DNA from: an uncultured Bacilli bacterium
GTDB taxonomy: Bacteria > Bacillota_I > Bacilli_A > RF39 > UBA660
Length of the DNA stretch: 64,000 nt
Direction of reading: 5' to 3'
Assembly: GCA_947632325.1 (NCBI GenBank)
Contig: CANROU010000003.1
Span: 8,732 to 72,731, forward strand
In this document: positions 61,224-64,000 of the stretch, piece after piece
Layout of the letters: the number at the start of each line of letters is the position of its first letter
How positions within the stretch are numbered: the first letter of the stretch is position 1
Translations under genes and position numbers: made by a program
The notes under the pieces: generated by a model
The model's input: the letters and a program-made list of their open reading frames with translations, nothing else
Databases searched by the model: none
What the model was told of the DNA's origin: nothing

Positions 61224-62363
61224 TTAGTTTTCCTCATTTCTAAAATTTAATGCATCATAACTTTTTTGAAATATTTTTAAAAATTCTCTTATTTCGTTTT
61301 CTGTTGTCATATATGATAAACTTATGCGAATAGAGCTAGTACATATTTGGGATGGTTGATGCATAGCCACAAGTGTTTTAGAACTACTTATATCTTTACT
61401 ACAAGCTGTGTTAGTTGATACATAACAATCATATTGTTCTAGACTATGAATCAATGTCTCTGGTTTAATACCTTTGATACTAATATTTAAAATATGTGGT
61501 ATACAGAATGTATTGCTGTTTATCTTTATATTAGGATAAGTAGATAATTCTTTTTTTAAAAGAAGTGATAACTTTTCAACATGTTGATATTTTTCATCTA
61601 AATTTTCTAATGCTAAACGTAAAGCTTTGGCAAAACTAACAATTAAAGACACTGCAGGTGTTCCACTGCGATAGATTGATTGACTCTTCCCACCATGTAT
61701 TAGGGGTTCTAAGATAACCTTTTTATCTTTAATAAGACAACCGATTCCTTTTAAGCCAAAAAATTTATGGGCACTACAAGTAAATAACGCAATATCAGTT
61801 AAATCAACAGGGATTTTACCTACAGCTTGTGTTCCATCAACATGCAAAAAAGTTTGCGGATAATCTTTTAATATCCGTTTAATAGATTTTAAATCTTGCT
61901 TAATACCTACTTCGCTGTTAACTGCAGTAATACTAACTAACAAAGCGCCCTTATCCAACAAACGTCTTAAATCTATTAAATCTATTTGACCATTATCATC
62001 ATTTTCAACATATTCAATTTCAAAATCATACATCCTCTTTAAATACTCAACTGTATTCAAAACGCTAGCATGTTCTAATTTAGTTGTAATAATTCTTTTA
62101 GGTCGATCAGGATATTTTTGTGCTATACCTACGATAGATAAATTATTAGCTTCACTAGCTGAAGAGGTAAAAACCACTTCTTTATCTAAAGATTTAAATA
62201 GTTTTAATACTTGCTGTTCAGCAGATTGCATTAAATTTCTACTTTCAAAACCCAATTTATGTAAAGAATTAGCATTACCTATGTAATCTTTTGATACTTT
62301 GATAAAAGAAGATAATACTTCATCATTTACAGGAGTTGTTGCACTATAATCTAAATATATCAC
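61224..62363 (-). CDS. Cysteine desulfurase (NifZ/IscS-like, ThiI partner)
   Basis: IYLDYSATTP, EHAS, HVDGTQ, SAHKF, RSGT, catalytic Cys in TACS; GTG start 62363. Confidence 0.9.
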   Translation of the reverse strand: MIYLDYSATTPVNDEVLSSFIKVSKDYIGNANSLHKLGFESRNLMQSAEQQVLKLFKSLDKEVVFTSSASEANNLSIVGIAQKYPDRPKRIITTKLEHASVLNTVEYLKRMYDFEIEYVENDDNGQIDLIDLRRLLDKGALLVSITAVNSEVGIKQDLKSIKRILKDYPQTFLHVDGTQAVGKIPVDLTDIALFTCSAHKFFGLKGIGCLIKDKKVILEPLIHGGKSQSIYRSGTPAVSLIVSFAKALRLALENLDEKYQHVEKLSLLLKKELSTYPNIKINSNTFCIPHILNISIKGIKPETLIHSLEQYDCYVSTNTACSKDISSSKTLVAMHQPSQICTSSIRISLSYMTTENEIREFLKIFQKSYDALNFRNEEN

Positions 62364-62431
62364 TTTACCACCACCAACACTTATATTATTATAACAAAAA
62401 AATAAGTACATTAACTACTTATTTTTTATTA

Positions 62432-64000
62432 CTATTTTTCATAAACAGACAATAACTTACGATAGATATCTGGTTCAACTGTATTAATAGCTCTAATAGA
62501 AGTTTCAAGTGAACCTTTATAATTACCTTTAAAAAACAACATTTCAGCTCGATTTATTCCCAAATTAATATCCTTATTATCTATATCTCGATAACGATTA
62601 CCATAAACAATAGCCATTTCAGCTAATTGAGCCGTTTTAATCATCTCACTAGTAGTATGATATAATTTTAAAACCAAATCTCTTGCTGTATCGACTCTAG
62701 TGTTTAATATTTTAATATTAATAGGTTTCCTTTCCAATTCCTTAATAATCTCTTTAATAGCTTCATTAGCTTCTGATAATTGTACAAAATATTGATCAAT
62801 TATAATAGGCAATTTATAAGTGCGCATCTTTACTTTACATTGTTTTAATAATTCTTGTATTTCATTTAATTGTTCTCTAGCACGCATTTCATCATCATAC
62901 ATACTACCTAATGATTTTAAAGAATGATCTAATTCTTCCTCCAATTGTTTTAAATTAGCCATTAATAATTCAATTTCTTTATGTAATTTAGAATATGGTT
63001 CAACCTTGTCATTTACTTTTTCTTTTAATTCTTTATAATCTTTATTAATATTTTTTAATAAATTATTCACTTCATCCATCTTAGCTAAATCTTCTTTAGT
63101 AAGATTATACATGTTTTTAATATCATCTAATTGCTTATATATGTCCTTAACAATATGATTAGTCCTCTTAAGTTTAACACTAAAATCTGTATCAATTTCA
63201 TCATATATTTTACGACTTAAACGTTCTTTTTCAAAATCAGTAAACAAAGAATCTAAGTAATCTAACATCGTTTTTAATTCAAACATGCATTCTTCTAAAT
63301 TTAAAACTTTAATTCTATCTATTATGCCTTTAATGTTTTTTGACGTTTGTTCAATATTATATTCAATATGTAAGTATTCTAAAGGATATCCTTGTTCTCG
63401 CATCTCTTGATACGTTTTCGTTATCTCATCCATTCGCCTTGGAATAAGCTGATTAGCTAAAAGTAATAAATTAGGAACTTCATCAATAACAATAGCCATG
63501 TGTTCAATCATCTCATCTAAAGCTTTAACAATATGCAGTACGTCATTATATTCATTATTTTCCATGACTACTTCAAAATCCATAAAACGCTTTTCAATAT
63601 TTTCAAACTGCAATTCAATAACATCTTCTATTTCATGATATTCTGTTTTATGATTTTGATATTCACTGTTTAATTTACGATATTTAGTCTTTAACTTGGT
63701 AACAATACTACGGTATTTTTCTTCACTTAAAGTGATTTCTTTTATTTCATCTAATAAAAAATCTGTTGCTACTTTAGCTTTATATACTTCTAACTCTGTT
63801 TTAGCTAAATAATAATTGTAATTACGATAATCTTTTTGTTGCCTATATGAATCCAAATGTATTAACATATCATCTAATTTATTTATTTTTTCTTCTTTAA
63901 TTTGATCGTATTTTTTTTGAAATTGTTTATACTTTTCTTCCATTTTCTCATTTTTGATAATAGGTTCTATTTTTTCTAACTCTAAAGAAATAGGTGTGCT
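62432..64000 (-). CDS. ezrA: Septation ring formation regulator EzrA (5' end outside window)
   Basis: Long coiled coil, C-terminal YGNRYR (QNR patch); frame open to the window edge; ezrA-desulfurase-thiI-sspA synteny. Confidence 0.85.
   Translation of the reverse strand, partial: STPISLELEKIEPIIKNEKMEEKYKQFQKKYDQIKEEKINKLDDMLIHLDSYRQQKDYRNYNYYLAKTELEVYKAKVATDFLLDEIKEITLSEEKYRSIVTKLKTKYRKLNSEYQNHKTEYHEIEDVIELQFENIEKRFMDFEVVMENNEYNDVLHIVKALDEMIEHMAIVIDEVPNLLLLANQLIPRRMDEITKTYQEMREQGYPLEYLHIEYNIEQTSKNIKGIIDRIKVLNLEECMFELKTMLDYLDSLFTDFEKERLSRKIYDEIDTDFSVKLKRTNHIVKDIYKQLDDIKNMYNLTKEDLAKMDEVNNLLKNINKDYKELKEKVNDKVEPYSKLHKEIELLMANLKQLEEELDHSLKSLGSMYDDEMRAREQLNEIQELLKQCKVKMRTYKLPIIIDQYFVQLSEANEAIKEIIKELERKPINIKILNTRVDTARDLVLKLYHTTSEMIKTAQLAEMAIVYGNRYRDIDNKDINLGINRAEMLFFKGNYKGSLETSIRAINTVEPDIYRKLLSVYEK

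Overview
A low-GC Bacilli chromosomal segment, resembling the uncultured RF39-type gut lineages (inference). It uses the standard genetic code, and most genes are on the minus strand. Housekeeping genes include scpAB, rplU-rpmA with an L21 leader, pyk, dnaE, rpmB, gatCAB, ligA, tRNA-His, thiI, a cysteine desulfurase and ezrA. There is a ~15 kb cell-wall polysaccharide locus, other envelope genes (ltaS, LCP, PASTA protein, GH73 autolysin), and endospore genes (dacF, spoIIAA, sigF, spoVAC/D/E, cotJ, sspA) with recognisable Spo0A boxes and sigE/sigF/sigG-type promoters. No integrase, transposase, phage genes or CRISPR array were seen. The most striking signal is an apparently rewired sigma-F switch: spoIIAB is cleanly missing between spoIIAA and sigF, SpoIIAA has Glu at its phospho-Ser position and has lost its SpoIIAB-docking residues, and sigma-F has lost an anti-sigma contact residue. 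Other oddities: a self-contained operon of an adenylate-forming enzyme and a hybrid kinase, L27 with its pro-peptide but no adjacent prp, a CotJA-CotJB fusion, a half-Clp ATPase, a degenerate GGDEF sensor, and a 28-aa repeat gene with an orphan out-of-frame repeat unit. Residue comparisons with B. subtilis and other model proteins are by-eye alignments from memory and need computational confirmation.
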